From an uncultured bacterium (GTDB lineage: Bacteria > Krumholzibacteriota > Krumholzibacteriia > LZORAL124-64-63), in NCBI GenBank assembly GCA_963732385.1, contig CAVSZB010000005.1, positions 128,001 through 192,000 of the forward strand: a stretch of DNA of 64,000 bases, given 5' to 3'. Below the pieces are notes generated by a model that was not told where the DNA came from, did not search any database, and was given only the letters and a program-made list of their open reading frames with translations. Every line of letters starts with the position of its first letter. Within the stretch, counting starts at the first letter, position 1. Below are positions 19,309 to 29,107 of the stretch, one piece after another. Position numbers and translations under genes: made by a program.

Positions 19309-20597
19309 GCCCGAGCCGCGGCCACGTCGCCGAGGTGATCGAGCAGTCCGCGCGCAAGGTCGCGCTTGGTATGGGAGCCGCTGTCCCAGATCAGGCCGTC
19401 CGGCCCGAGCAGGAAGACCCGGTGCAGGCCGTCGCCGAATCCGGATCCGGGAGCGGTCGGGTCGTTGGCCACGATGAAATCCATCCCCTTGGCGCGCAGT
19501 TTCTTCGCGGCGCGCGCGAGCAGGTCGCCCGTCTCGAGGGCGAAGCCGACGACCCGCAGCCGCGATTCACGCGCTGGCGCGACCACCTCACCGAGGATGT
19601 CATCCGTGCGGCGCAGGGCCAGATTCCAGGAGGTGCCGAGGCTCTCCTTCGGCAGTTTCCCGCCCTCCACCTGCTCCGGCGTGAAGTCGGCCACGGCCGC
19701 GGCCATGAAGAGCCAGTCGGCGCCGGCGGCGAGCGCATCGCGCACCGCGACCGCCATCTGCGCACAGGTCTCGACGCGCACGGAACCGGCCACCGCCGGC
19801 GGGACCGGCAGGGTCGTCGGCCCGGCGATCAGGGTCACCGCCGCGCCACGCGCCGCCGCCTCCGCCGCCACCGCGAAGCCGAACACGCCCGACGAACGGT
19901 TCGCGATGAAACGCACCGCGTCGATCGGCTCCCAGGTCGGTCCGGCCGTGACGACCACGCGCCGCCCCGCCCACGCGGGATCGGGCCGGGCGGACCGCGC
20001 CCCCGCGGCGACCACCGCGGGAGCCGCCACCGGTGCGTCCGCCGGGCGTGGCGGCAGAACGGCCAGCAGCGCCGACACCGCCGCCGCGATCTCCTCCGGC
20101 TCCGCCATCCGGCCGACCGCCTCCACGCCGCAGGCCAAAAAACCGCTCCCCGGTTCGATCACCCGGGCGCCGCGTTCGCGCAGCAGAGCGAGATTCGCCT
20201 GCGTCGCCGGCTGGCCCCACATGACGTCGTTCATCGCCGGGGCTAGCAAAAGCGGCCGATCCGAAGCGAGCAGCAGGGTCGACACGAGGTCGTCGGCCAG
20301 GCCGTGGGCCGCCTTCGCCAGGATGTTCGCGGTGGCCGGCGCCACCACGACGACGTCGGCCGCCCGCACCAGTTCGATGTGGTCGAGAGGATCGGTGTCG
20401 CCGTCGCCCCAGAGATCGGTCGCCACCGGTTGCTGCGACAGGACCTGGAAGGTCATCGGGGTGACGAAGCGCCGGGCGGCGGCGGTCATCCCCACCCGGA
20501 CGGAAGAACCCGCCTGCACGAGCAGGCGGGTCAGGGAACAGGCCTTGTAGGCGGCGATGCCGCCGGTCACGAGCAGCAGGACACGGCCGCCGGCCAT
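19305..20597 (-). CDS. coaBC: Bifunctional phosphopantothenoylcysteine decarboxylase/synthase
   Basis: TGGIAAYKA, APATAN, APAMN, LACG..A.GRM, TAGPT.E.IDAVRFI.N.SSG, GFALET. Confidence 0.96.
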   Translation of the reverse strand: MAGGRVLLLVTGGIAAYKACSLTRLLVQAGSSVRVGMTAAARRFVTPMTFQVLSQQPVATDLWGDGDTDPLDHIELVRAADVVVVAPATANILAKAAHGLADDLVSTLLLASDRPLLLAPAMNDVMWGQPATQANLALLRERGARVIEPGSGFLACGVEAVGRMAEPEEIAAAVSALLAVLPPRPADAPVAAPAVVAAGARSARPDPAWAGRRVVVTAGPTWEPIDAVRFIANRSSGVFGFAVAAEAAARGAAVTLIAGPTTLPVPPAVAGSVRVETCAQMAVAVRDALAAGADWLFMAAAVADFTPEQVEGGKLPKESLGTSWNLALRRTDDILGEVVAPARESRLRVVGFALETGDLLARAAKKLRAKGMDFIVANDPTAPGSGFGDGLHRVFLLGPDGLIWDSGSHTKRDLARGLLDHLGDVAAARA

Positions 20598-20602
20598 CGC
20601 GC

Positions 20603-20851
20603 CTACTCCTCCGCGGCCTTGGCCGCCTCGCGCTCCCGCTGGAGCTGGGCCCAGCGCTCCTTCTCGTCGTAGTACTGCACCTGCCCGCCGAGCAGCCGCC
20701 GGATGGCGATGCTGGTGATCTTCCCCGGCAGACTCAGGCCGAGGTTGTGTGCCCGCCCGTTGAGCCGGCGCGCTTCAAGCGCCGCCACTTTGATCGCCTG
20801 AAACTTGTTCGGGATCAGATCGGTCACCCGGTGGCGCGGAATGTAAGTCAT
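20603..20851 (-). CDS. rpoZ: RNA polymerase omega subunit
   Basis: NKF.AI.VAA.EARRLN; conserved gmk-rpoZ-coaBC order. Confidence 0.85.
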   Translation of the reverse strand: MTYIPRHRVTDLIPNKFQAIKVAALEARRLNGRAHNLGLSLPGKITSIAIRRLLGGQVQYYDEKERWAQLQREREAAKAAEE

Positions 20852-20937
20852 CGGTTACCGCCTCGGACAAAGGGGCAGGAGACAGCGGAGGGCCGTGCCG
20901 CCAGCGGCGACCCGACGAACCGTTCTGCAAACCGTTT

Positions 20938-20965
20938 AATATAGCACACTTTGCCGTATTTTCAA
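20938..20965 (-). promoter_or_regulatory. Sigma70 promoter candidate for rpoZ
   Basis: TTGAAA-N16-TATATT with extended TG. Confidence 0.5.
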
Positions 20966-21073
20966 CCGCAGCCCCTCCCGCTTCGGCCGTCGCCGTCGAG
21001 ATCGTGCGTTATCTGTTGCCATCAAATAACTTGGCTTCGCCCTGGCGCCTCGGGCCCATCCGCGATCCGGACA

Positions 21074-21664
21074 TCATTCGGCGGCCAGCGGCGGCGCGGC
21101 CCGGCGGACGCGGCGGCAGCGTTCCGCGGTGACGATGGCCCTCATGCGGGCGAGCGCGTCGGCAAGCGTGTCGTTCACGATGTAGTAGTCGTAGCGCGCC
21201 GCGAAGCCGATCTCCCAGCGGGCGTTGGCCAGACGCGTGCGGATGACCGCATCGTCGTCAGTGGCCCGGGAACGCAGGCGAGCCTCGAGGGCCTCCCAGG
21301 ACGGGGGGAAAACGAACACCGAAACCACTTCCGGCCCGAACAGATCGATCACGCGCAAGCCCCCCTGCACGTCGAGATCGAGCAACGGAGTCAGGCCGCG
21401 GTCGAGCATCGCCCGGATGTGTTCGCGGCGGGTGCCGTAGCGGCGTTGGTGCACCTCCGCCCACTCCACGAAGGCGTCGGCGGCGATGAGGCGGTCGAAT
21501 TCGGCGTCGTCCACGAAGTGGTACTGCACGCCGTCGGTTTCGCCGCGGCGGGACGGCCGGGTCGTCGTGGACACCGAGAAGCTGAGCCCCGGCTCGGCGG
21601 CAAGCAGGGCCTGCACGAACGTGCTCTTGCCGGCGCCGGAAGGCCCCGAGATCAGGACCAGCAT
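21074..21664 (-). CDS. gmk: Guanylate kinase
   Basis: SGPSGAGKST, SVSTTTR..R.GE.DGV.YHF, EWAEVH...YGT. Confidence 0.96.
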   Translation of the reverse strand: MLVLISGPSGAGKSTFVQALLAAEPGLSFSVSTTTRPSRRGETDGVQYHFVDDAEFDRLIAADAFVEWAEVHQRRYGTRREHIRAMLDRGLTPLLDLDVQGGLRVIDLFGPEVVSVFVFPPSWEALEARLRSRATDDDAVIRTRLANARWEIGFAARYDYYIVNDTLADALARMRAIVTAERCRRVRRAAPPLAAE

Positions 21665-21667
21665 CGG

Positions 21668-22549
21668 CTACTCCAGATTCTGCACCTGCTCGCGCAGGTT
21701 CTCGATCTCTTCCTTCATCCCGATCACGAGCTGGGTGAGCGTCAGCAGGCTGGTCTTGGCCCCCATGGTGTTGACCTCGCGGTGCATCTCCTGCAGGAGA
21801 AAATTGAGCCGCTTGGCCACCTGCCCCGTCTCGGCCAGCGTCTGCTCGAACTGCTCGAGATGGCTGGCGAGTCGTTCGCACTCCTCACCGATGCTGGCGC
21901 GATCGGCCAGGATGGCGGCCTCCTGGGCCAGCCGCTGCGGGTCGATGCCGTCGGTGACGAGCTGTGTCAGGCGCGCATTCAGACGGTCGAGCGTTTCGCG
22001 CGCCACGGTCGGCGTGAGCCGCTCCACCTCCGCCAGCTGAGACCGCAGCCGGGCGGCGCGCCCCGCCAGTTCGGCCGCCAGCTCGGCCCCCTCCCGGTCG
22101 CGCATGATCTGCAGGGCGGTGGTGGCCGCCTCGAGGGCCGCGCGCAATGCGCCGAGCACCGACTCCTGATCGACCCCGGCCTCCGCGCCGCCGAACAGGT
22201 CGGGAATGGCCAGCACATGCGACAACTCGAGCGTCGGCCGGCGTCGTGTCTCGCGCTCCACCCGATCGGCCAGCAGCTGCAGCAGAGCCAGCCCCTGCTC
22301 CAGGCGCTCCTGGTCGATACCGGCCGCGCCGACCGCCAGGTCCCCCAAAAACTGCGCGGAGCAGGTGACCCGGCCGCGCGCCACGCGCTCCCGGAGCAGG
22401 TTGCGGATTTCGAACTCGTAGGGCGCCAGGGCGTTGGGCAGCTTGAGCGCCACGTCGAGAAAACGGTGGTTTACGGAGCGCAGCTCGACCGCGATGGTCA
22501 CGCCGCCGACCGTCCCCTCCCCCGCGCCGAAACCTGTCATGCTGCGCAC
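21668..22549 (-). CDS. yicC: YicC/YloC family endoribonuclease
   Basis: RSMTGFG, ELRSVNHRFLD, QEMHREVNTMGAK, REQVQNLE. Confidence 0.95.
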   Translation of the reverse strand: MRSMTGFGAGEGTVGGVTIAVELRSVNHRFLDVALKLPNALAPYEFEIRNLLRERVARGRVTCSAQFLGDLAVGAAGIDQERLEQGLALLQLLADRVERETRRRPTLELSHVLAIPDLFGGAEAGVDQESVLGALRAALEAATTALQIMRDREGAELAAELAGRAARLRSQLAEVERLTPTVARETLDRLNARLTQLVTDGIDPQRLAQEAAILADRASIGEECERLASHLEQFEQTLAETGQVAKRLNFLLQEMHREVNTMGAKTSLLTLTQLVIGMKEEIENLREQVQNLE

Positions 22550-22727
22550 GCGCGATCCCCTTCCCGGCTGTGAGCGGCCCGTCCGGCCGATCGGCCGAAG
22601 CGTGCAAGCATAGGCCGCAAGCGTCGGAGCGGCAAGGTCGATATGGCTGTTCAGGCCATGGTTGTCGGCGCGACCGCCAGCGATTACCATCACTGCTCCC
22701 CTGCGCCACCCACGCCAAGGAGGCCCG

Positions 22728-23210
22728 ATGAAGCGCCTGACCGCGTTCGCCGCCGCAGCCCTGCTCGCAGTCGCCACGCCCACCCTCGCCCTGCCCAATT
22801 TCGGCGCCCGCGCCGGCTTTACGAGCGGCCCGGATCAGATCCATCTCGGAGCGCACGCCGAGGTGCTCGAACTCAGTCCCGGCCTGGTTTTCCTGCCCAA
22901 TGTCGAAGTGGGCTTTGGCGACGACCAGACCGTCTGGGCCCTGAACGGCGAGCTGACCTGGGCCATCGACCGCGGCGACTGGCGCGGGTGGCGCCCCTAC
23001 GTCGGCGGGGGGCTCGGCATCTTCATCGTCAGCTTCGACCGGCCCGATGCCCCGGCCGACTTCGACGACAGCCGCTCCGACGTCGGCCTGAGCGCGCTCG
23101 TCGGCATTTCGAAGCTGCTGAAACTCGGGCACAAGTTCTTCGCCGAGGTCAAGGTCGGCCTCGAAGACACCCCCGACGTGAAAGTCACCGCCGGCCTGAC
23201 TTTCTTCTAG
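22728..23210 (+). CDS. Small outer-membrane beta-barrel protein
   Basis: Signal peptide, PYVGGGLG, alternating strands, C-terminal GLTFF. AAGGAGG RBS. Confidence 0.75.
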   Translation: MKRLTAFAAAALLAVATPTLALPNFGARAGFTSGPDQIHLGAHAEVLELSPGLVFLPNVEVGFGDDQTVWALNGELTWAIDRGDWRGWRPYVGGGLGIFIVSFDRPDAPADFDDSRSDVGLSALVGISKLLKLGHKFFAEVKVGLEDTPDVKVTAGLTFF

Positions 23211-23218
23211 GGGGCATC

Positions 23219-24694
23219 GTGACCGACCTGCCGCCCTGGCGGCGTCCGGACGCCCTGCAAGCCCTGCTTACCGCCTGGCGGCGCGATTTCACGGGGCGGA
23301 CGGTGGCGCGCGCCGTCGCGGGAACCGGCTGGCTGCGACTCACCCTGATCGCTCCCGGCGCGCCGGCCGCCTATCTCTTCCTGTGCGCCCGGCCCGGCGC
23401 GGTGCTGCTGTGCGACGAAGAAGCGCCGCCCGACCCGGCGCTGCGCGAGGCGCTGGGCGAGGCGCGACGCGGCCCGCCGGCGGATCGCCTCGCCGGCGCC
23501 CGGCTGCTCGACGCACGCCCGTTCCCCGCCGATCTGGCGATCGCCCTCTTCTTCGCGCCACGCGGCGGAGGCGCGCCGCTGCGCGTCGTGCTCCAGCTCC
23601 ACGGCAGCCGCGGCAACCTGCTGCTGGTGGACGCCGCCGGGAGCCTCGTCTGGGCGCTCTACCCCGGCGCCACGCTGGCGCTGCTGGCCGATCCGACGGC
23701 CGGCACGGCGGGCCATGCCACGGCGCCCGAACTCACCGCGGCCGACGCCACAACGCCCGCTGCCGCCGTCGGCGCGGACTTCCGTGCCGCCGCGCGTCTC
23801 CGGCTGGACACCCAGCTCGCCGCCGACCTCGCCGGCGGCAGCGCCCGCGCCCTGAGGACCGCCGCCGAGGCGACCGATCGCCTTCGCATGAACCTGGCGC
23901 GCGACCTGGCCGAGGCGGCGCGGGGCGACGACCTGCGGCGCGCCGCCGAAGCGCTCGCCGTCGCGCTGCCGACCGTGCCACGCGGCGTCTCTTGCGTGGA
24001 GGTGGCCGATCCCGCCGGCGGACCCCCGCTCGCGGTGCCGATGGATCCCGCGCGCTCACCGTCCGGGAACATGGAGGAATACTTCCGCCGCGCCCGGAAG
24101 GCGGAGCGGGGCCGCGCGCTGATCGCCGAACGTCTCGCGGAAGCGGACCGCCGCGCCGTCGCCCTGGACGCGGCGCGCGCGGAACTGGCGGCGACCACGG
24201 CGCTGACCGACGGGATGATCGCGGCCTGCCTCGCCTGGCGCCGCGCGCACGCCTCCCTGCTCGGCCTGCGCACGACGACCGGCGGCGGCGTCACGCGCGA
24301 GGCGCCCGTTCCAGCGCGATCGTTCCGCCGCTACCTGATCGAAGGGCGCTGGGAGTTGTGGGTCGGGCGCAACAACGTCGAGAACGACCTGCTCACGCAC
24401 GACACGGCCGCGCCGGACGACATCTGGCTGCACGCGCAGGGAGTGACGGGCAGCCATGCCGTGCTGCGCACGGGCGGCCGTCCCGAAACGGTGCCGCGTC
24501 AGGTCCTCGAGAAGGCCGCCGCGCTGACCGCCCTCCACAGTCGCGCGCGGCACAGCGCGCTCGTGCCGGTGATCCACACCCTGCGCAAGTACGTGCGCAA
24601 GCCGCGCCGCTCGCCGCCCGGCACGGCGACGTGCCAGCGCGAGAAGACGCTGTTCGCCCCGCCGGGGGTGCCGGAGGGGGTCGAGCCGGCGTGA
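23219..24694 (+). CDS. NFACT/RqcH (FbpA-like) ribosome quality control protein
   Basis: G..GNL.L.D, N...YF..ARK, VGRNN.END.LT, DIWLHA....GSH, YVRKP...PG. Confidence 0.85.
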   Translation: MTDLPPWRRPDALQALLTAWRRDFTGRTVARAVAGTGWLRLTLIAPGAPAAYLFLCARPGAVLLCDEEAPPDPALREALGEARRGPPADRLAGARLLDARPFPADLAIALFFAPRGGGAPLRVVLQLHGSRGNLLLVDAAGSLVWALYPGATLALLADPTAGTAGHATAPELTAADATTPAAAVGADFRAAARLRLDTQLAADLAGGSARALRTAAEATDRLRMNLARDLAEAARGDDLRRAAEALAVALPTVPRGVSCVEVADPAGGPPLAVPMDPARSPSGNMEEYFRRARKAERGRALIAERLAEADRRAVALDAARAELAATTALTDGMIAACLAWRRAHASLLGLRTTTGGGVTREAPVPARSFRRYLIEGRWELWVGRNNVENDLLTHDTAAPDDIWLHAQGVTGSHAVLRTGGRPETVPRQVLEKAAALTALHSRARHSALVPVIHTLRKYVRKPRRSPPGTATCQREKTLFAPPGVPEGVEPA

Positions 24695-24703
24695 ACGCGC
24701 CGC

Positions 24704-25975
24704 TCAGTTGCGATGTCGGTGGTGGATGCGCCGGAACTCGGACGTCAGACGGGCGAACAGGAACACGATCCGCGGGTCGAAGTGGGTGCCCGCGTCTCCG
24801 AACACGATCCCGCTCGCCTTGTCGTGCGCGATGGCGGCCTTGTAGATGCGTTGTGACGTGAGGGCATCGTAGACGTCGCAGATCGCGACGATGCGCGCCG
24901 ACAGCGGAATGGTCTCCCCGGCGAGACCGCGCGGATAGCCGCCGCCGTCCCAGCGCTCGTGATGCGACCAGGCGATGTCGGCCCCCATCTTCAGCATGAA
25001 GAGTGATCCGTGGCGCTGGATCATCTCCTCGATCGTGCCGCCCCCGATGCCGGCGTGCGTCTTCATGACGTCGAATTCGTCCCGCGTGAGTCGCCCCGGC
25101 TTGAGCAGGATGCTGTCGGGGATGCCCACCTTGCCGATGTCGTGCAGCGCGGACGAGCGGGTGAGCGTTTCGATGTACTCCTCGTCGATGAGACCGGCGT
25201 AACGTTCGTCGCGCGAGAGCTCGCCCGCCAAAAGACGCGCGTAGGCGCAGATCCGGTCGAGGTGGCCGGCCATGGCGCCGTCGCGCGACTCGGCCAGGCG
25301 CGCCATGCCGAGAATGATGGCGTCGCGCGTGGCCGCCAGTTCGTCGAACAGCCTGATGTTCTCGAGGCAGGTCGCCATCTGGTCGACGAGCATGCAGCAG
25401 AGCCGGACGTCCTCGTCGGCGAAGGCGCTGAGTTGACGGCTCGCGAAATCGAACACGCCCAGCGGGCCGCTGCGCGTGCGGATCGGGATCACCAGCTCAC
25501 TGCGTAGTTCCGGATCGGCAAGAAAATAGTTGTGATCGGCAAGCACATCGGGCGCGTAGATCGGCCGCTCCTCATGGAACGCCAGGCGGCACAGCCCCAG
25601 TTCCCGGTCGAGCGGCACGGCCACTCCCTCGACGGAATCCGCGTACCCCCGCCAGGCCCGGATGCGCAGCGTGCGATCGCGCGGTTCGTGGATCAGCACG
25701 GCGCAGATGTCGTAGCCGAGGATGCTCAGCGCGGCGGTCATGACCTCCTGGAACACGCTGTCAGCCTCGCGCATGAAGGTCAGGCGACCATTCAGCTCCT
25801 GCATGGCGGCGAGCTTCGCGGCGAAGCCGCTCGGCGGTTCGGGCCGTTCGGCCACCGGCGTGGCGCCGGGTCGCTGGCCGGCGAGCGGGCGGCCCGCGGC
25901 GCGGCGGGGGCGCGCTTCCTCCACGGGCACGGACAAGTCGGCCTGATCGGGGAGCTGCGTCAGTAACTGGTTCAT
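24704..25975 (-). CDS. GAF + HD-GYP cyclic dinucleotide phosphodiesterase
   Basis: GAF (RSELVIPI), LHDIGKVGIPD, HHERWDGGGYP, DVYDALTS.R.YK. Confidence 0.9.
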   Translation of the reverse strand: MNQLLTQLPDQADLSVPVEEARPRRAAGRPLAGQRPGATPVAERPEPPSGFAAKLAAMQELNGRLTFMREADSVFQEVMTAALSILGYDICAVLIHEPRDRTLRIRAWRGYADSVEGVAVPLDRELGLCRLAFHEERPIYAPDVLADHNYFLADPELRSELVIPIRTRSGPLGVFDFASRQLSAFADEDVRLCCMLVDQMATCLENIRLFDELAATRDAIILGMARLAESRDGAMAGHLDRICAYARLLAGELSRDERYAGLIDEEYIETLTRSSALHDIGKVGIPDSILLKPGRLTRDEFDVMKTHAGIGGGTIEEMIQRHGSLFMLKMGADIAWSHHERWDGGGYPRGLAGETIPLSARIVAICDVYDALTSQRIYKAAIAHDKASGIVFGDAGTHFDPRIVFLFARLTSEFRRIHHRHRN

Positions 25976-26113
25976 CGGCTTGCGACCACTCCGCCGCACC
26001 GCCCGGACCCCATTGACCGCGCCGGCGACGACTTGATCGAATGTCAGGATCGGCGGCCGGCGGATGAACTTGACCACTAAGGCAGTCGCCCGCGGGGCGG
26101 CGCGGCCGGCGCC

Positions 26114-27196
26114 CTAGCGCAGACGCTCGATCTCCTCGCTGAGCGCCTGCTCCAGATCCTCCCTGGCCACGTTGCGCGCGATCCGGCCGTGACGATAGAT
26201 CGCGACCTTGCTCCGACCGGCGGCGATGCCCAGGTCGGCCGCCTTCGCTTCGCCCGGACCGTTCACAATACAGCCCATGACGGCGATCACCCGGTCGGCC
26301 GGGAGATCACGCGCCAGTTCCTCGACGCGGGCGGCCAGGGCCATGACGTCCACCTCGACGCGGCCGCAGGTCGGACACGCCACCACGCGCGCGTAGCGCT
26401 GGCGCAGGCCGAGCGCGGCGAGCATGTGCCATGCCGCGATGACCTCCTCGACCGGATCCGCGGCGAGCGAGATGCGCAGGGTGTCGCCGATCCCCTCGGC
26501 GAGCAGGACCGACAGCGCCGCCACCGAACGCACCGTCCCCGCCCTCAGGGTACCGGCCTCCGTCACGCCGAGATGCAGCGGCACATCACAGACCTGCGCG
26601 AACCGCCGGCAGGCCTCGATCACCTCGCCGCAGTCGCTGCTCTTGACGCTGACCACGACGTCGTGGAAGCCAACCGCCGCCAGGGCCTCGACCTCGTCCA
26701 GACCGCTCTGCACGAGGGCGCCGGCAGGATCGCGCTTCGCCAGCTCCTGGTAACGGGTGTGCAGGCTGCCGCGGTTCACGCCGATGCGGATCGGCACGCC
26801 GCGATCGGCGGCCGCCGCGGCCACCTCGCGCACCTTGTCGGCCGAGCCGATGTTGCCGGGGTTGATGCGCAGCTTGGCGATGCCGGCCTTCACCGCCGCC
26901 AGCGCCAGAGTGTGCTGGAAGTGGATGTCGGCCACCAGCGGCATCCGCGCCTCGGACACGATGCGCGGCAGGGCGGCGGCCGCCGCTTCGTCATTCACCG
27001 TGACCCGCACGAGCTCCGCTCCGGCCGTGGCCAGTTCGCGGATCTGCGCGAGCGTGGCGTCGGCATCGCCGGTGCGGGTGGTGGTCATCGACTGCACCCG
27101 CACGGGAGCGCCGCCGCCGATCGTCACATCGCCGACCCGCACCTGCCGCGTCGGGCGGCGGGGGGCGGTCACGCCGGTCTGAGCGTCAGTCGTCAT
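26114..27196 (-). CDS. ispG: (E)-4-hydroxy-3-methylbut-2-enyl-diphosphate synthase
   Basis: VQSMT, ADIHF, RINPGN, HLGVTEAG, CPTCGR, MGCIVNGPGE. Confidence 0.97.
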   Translation of the reverse strand: MTTDAQTGVTAPRRPTRQVRVGDVTIGGGAPVRVQSMTTTRTGDADATLAQIRELATAGAELVRVTVNDEAAAAALPRIVSEARMPLVADIHFQHTLALAAVKAGIAKLRINPGNIGSADKVREVAAAAADRGVPIRIGVNRGSLHTRYQELAKRDPAGALVQSGLDEVEALAAVGFHDVVVSVKSSDCGEVIEACRRFAQVCDVPLHLGVTEAGTLRAGTVRSVAALSVLLAEGIGDTLRISLAADPVEEVIAAWHMLAALGLRQRYARVVACPTCGRVEVDVMALAARVEELARDLPADRVIAVMGCIVNGPGEAKAADLGIAAGRSKVAIYRHGRIARNVAREDLEQALSEEIERLR

Positions 27197-29107
27197 TCAG
27201 ATCTCCGTGTCCATGGCCGGACCGGCGCGGCGGTTGTCGCCAATGCGAACGGTCAGCCCGACCTGGTCGAGGTGCTCCAGCATGGGGATGCCCAGCTTGC
27301 GCGACAACCCGCTCAGTTCCCGGAACCGGGCAAAGGTCAATTCCGGCTCGGCGCCGAAGTGAGCCCGCAACGCCGTCATCAGTTCCGCGTACGGGCGCGC
27401 CGCGACATAGTAGTCGGACCCCGCCTGCACGGCACGGTCATGGTCGACGAGATGTTTGAGGAACTCCTCCTCGGACAACCCCGGCACCGCTTCCGCCGCG
27501 AGCGCCTCCCGGAACCCCTCCAGCCCGGGCCACTGCAGACCGAACGCGCGCAGCGCCTCCTCGCGCCGGATCGCGGCCCGGGCGAGCTGAGATGCCAGCG
27601 GCGGCCCCTCCGCGGTCGGAGCGATACGATCCCCCGCCACCACCCAGCCGCCCAACGGCGCCAGCACCTCGCACAGGGCGACCCACTCGGCCCGTCCGCC
27701 GGGGAAATCGACCCGCCGGCGCGCCTCCTCCTTCGGAATGCCCAGTCGCAGAGGAAAGCGCCGGTTGTAATCGGCCACGAGGGCGGCAATGCGAGCCGCG
27801 AGGTCCGCCAGCACGTCGCGGTGGTAGAGACGATCGACCACGACCACCGCCTCGTCGTCACCGGCGTGCGCCGCCACCGTTTCGCGCGCCAGACCGGCCG
27901 CGCCGGCATCGCGCAGCGCCTGCCGGAAGACGGCCTCCGGTTCGCCCCGCTCACGCACCGAAAGCGCGTCGATCGCGCCGGGATCGTGCCGGCGCCGGGG
28001 GGGGGCGTCGACACCCAGAATCCGGCCGCCCGCCACGGTCGTCACCGGCGAATAGAAACGCAGCACGAAACGATCGTCCGGCAGAGCCACGAGCGGCGCC
28101 TCCAGCACGAGTTGGACGAGTCCCGCGCGCGGCGCGGCCGTGTCGTCCCCGCCGAGTTCGTCGCTGTCGAGCAGCAGCACGCGACCGAGCACCTCGCGGC
28201 CGGCGTGATGCACGTGCAACCGCTGCCGGTTGCGCAGCGCGCCCCGCCAGTGGGGCACCAGCGTCACGCGGGCGTCGAGCCGCGAGCCCGGCATCACCGC
28301 CTGCGGGGTGACGATCTGGTCGCCGCGCGTCAGGTCGTCCTTCTTGACGCCGTGCAGCGCCAGCGCCAGCCGCTGGCCGGAACCGCCCTCGGGCACCACC
28401 GCGCCGTGCGCCTGCACCTCGCGCACGCGCACCTTCAGGCCTCCCGGCTCGGCGGCCAGGATGTCGCCCGGCGCAACCGCCCCGCTCCAGCAGGTGCCGG
28501 TGACCACCACCCCCACCCCCGGCAGGGTGAACACGCGATCGACCGGCAGGCGGAACGGCCCGGTCCGCAGGCGCGGCGGCAATCGCTTCGCTTCCTCGCG
28601 CAGGACACGCCGCAGCTCTTCCAGGCCGGCCCCGGTCACGCTCGACACGGCCACGGACGGCGCCGTCTCCAGGAACGTGCCGCGCGCGAGGTCGCGCACC
28701 TCCTCCGCCACCACCGCGGCGATCACCTCGTCCACGAGGTCGGCCTTGGTGAGGACGATCACCCCCCCCTTCACGCCCAGCGAGGCGAGGATCTCCAGGT
28801 GCTCCACCGTCTGCGGCATCACCCCTTCGTCCGCCGCCACGATGAGCGCGGCCAGGTCGACCCCCCCGGCTCCCGCCACCATCTGCCGGACGAATCGCTC
28901 ATGCCCCGGCACATCGACGACCCCCAGCACGATGTCGTCGCCCAGGCGCAGCTCCGCGAAGCCCAGCTCGATGCTGATGCCGCGCAGCTGCTCCTCCTTC
29001 AACCGGTCCGTGTCGATGCCGGTAAGGGCCTTCACGAGCGCCGTCTTGCCGTGATCGACATGACCGGCCGTGCCCAGGACGAGATGGCGGGGGGCCTGCG
29101 CACTCAT
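27197..29107 (-). CDS. selB: Selenocysteine-specific elongation factor
   Basis: GTAGHVDHGKT, TDRL.EE..RGISIELGFA, DVPGHERF; C-terminal winged helix GLSRK..IP.LE.LD. Confidence 0.95.
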   Translation of the reverse strand: MSAQAPRHLVLGTAGHVDHGKTALVKALTGIDTDRLKEEQLRGISIELGFAELRLGDDIVLGVVDVPGHERFVRQMVAGAGGVDLAALIVAADEGVMPQTVEHLEILASLGVKGGVIVLTKADLVDEVIAAVVAEEVRDLARGTFLETAPSVAVSSVTGAGLEELRRVLREEAKRLPPRLRTGPFRLPVDRVFTLPGVGVVVTGTCWSGAVAPGDILAAEPGGLKVRVREVQAHGAVVPEGGSGQRLALALHGVKKDDLTRGDQIVTPQAVMPGSRLDARVTLVPHWRGALRNRQRLHVHHAGREVLGRVLLLDSDELGGDDTAAPRAGLVQLVLEAPLVALPDDRFVLRFYSPVTTVAGGRILGVDAPPRRRHDPGAIDALSVRERGEPEAVFRQALRDAGAAGLARETVAAHAGDDEAVVVVDRLYHRDVLADLAARIAALVADYNRRFPLRLGIPKEEARRRVDFPGGRAEWVALCEVLAPLGGWVVAGDRIAPTAEGPPLASQLARAAIRREEALRAFGLQWPGLEGFREALAAEAVPGLSEEEFLKHLVDHDRAVQAGSDYYVAARPYAELMTALRAHFGAEPELTFARFRELSGLSRKLGIPMLEHLDQVGLTVRIGDNRRAGPAMDTEI

